A stretch of 64,000 nucleotides of DNA from NCBI GenBank assembly GCA_040954595.2, contig CM082590.2:6200001-6264000 (forward strand), in the 5' to 3' direction. A program made the translations under genes and the position numbers. Shown piece after piece: positions 63,301 through 64,000 of the stretch (its first letter is position 1; each line of letters begins with the position of its first letter). Below the pieces are notes generated by a model, which saw only the letters and a list, made by a program, of their open reading frames with translations, was not told where the DNA came from and searched no databases. The DNA is from Balanoglossus misakiensis (Eukaryota > Animalia > Hemichordata).

Positions 63301-64000
63301 ATAAGACCATTTAGACTATTTGATGAACATTTACCATTTTGCATAGCAATGTGTCATGTGAGAAACCTTTAGGAAAACCTAACTGTGAATCACTTACAAC
63401 TTGTCTGAAGAACCCATGCAAATTCTTATGTACATGTTCCTTGGTAATTTTGAGAGGATAGGGGAACACACACAAGCCTGGAATTTCCAATATGTTGTTT
63501 GGACCGAGACTCTCAACAAATAGAAATTGTTCTTTTATATTTGACTGCAATCTTTTTATATGTACTTTATAGCACGGCTTCAGATTCTTCGTGCAATACT
63601 TATACGTGGGTGTCTAGAGTTCAAAAATGAAATATATAAGTATATATAAAAGTTAGTGGAGCTGGGCGCTATGTTTCAGGTAGTATTTAGTTGGGGCAGG
63701 ATTCATATTAGTTGTTTGTCCTGGCCTGCAGTCGTCTGAGTTTTAATCATTAACGCTGTCCACTGACTTGTTACTTATGAAGTTCCACACTGCATGCTGG
63801 TCTCTAGGTTCCTGCCGTTAACATATCAGATCTAAACATCAACTGCGCATGGGCATACCACCGTGACTCCTTCACCTCCCGAGGGACTCAAGCCATTCCT
63901 TTATTCCAAAACTGATCAATATTTACTGTTGTACAATGACATTAATTTAGTCTTTTTTGTTGGATTGTTAGTGGGGCATTTTGAAGATAAAGGTAGACCC

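Noticed and set aside
61000-64000. Remaining exons of surface-protein gene B, or another gene
   Set aside because: No NCAAYTK or TNNxAC-like motif and no convincing exon was found

Overview
AT-rich eukaryotic (animal) genomic DNA with GT-AG introns; a marine invertebrate origin is my inference from repeat and gene content. The window holds a ~43.5-kb-period tandem duplication (1-14137 vs 44313-55931). Each copy carries a kinase-less ROCO gene (ankyrin exons - linker - LRR - Roc GTPase - COR - Cys/His C-terminal domain) followed by a gene for a signal-peptide, probably GPI-anchored protein. That second gene is complete in copy A (6 coding exons, 336 aa, two tandem 4-Cys domains) and reduced to exons 1-2 in copy B. 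ROCO-B can be spliced by eye from phase-0 exons, including three 99-nt single-ankyrin exons, into a ~1218-aa protein. The two ROCO paralogs differ in amino-acid hot spots while most of Roc-COR and the 3'UTR are near-identical. The rest is transposon-rich: a Kolobok derivative with KolX and THAP remnants and a visible empty site, several TTAA-flanked MITE families, a 5'-truncated LINE, a Penelope GIY-YIG remnant, fold-back arrays and local tandem duplications. All calls come from manual reading; no searches were run.
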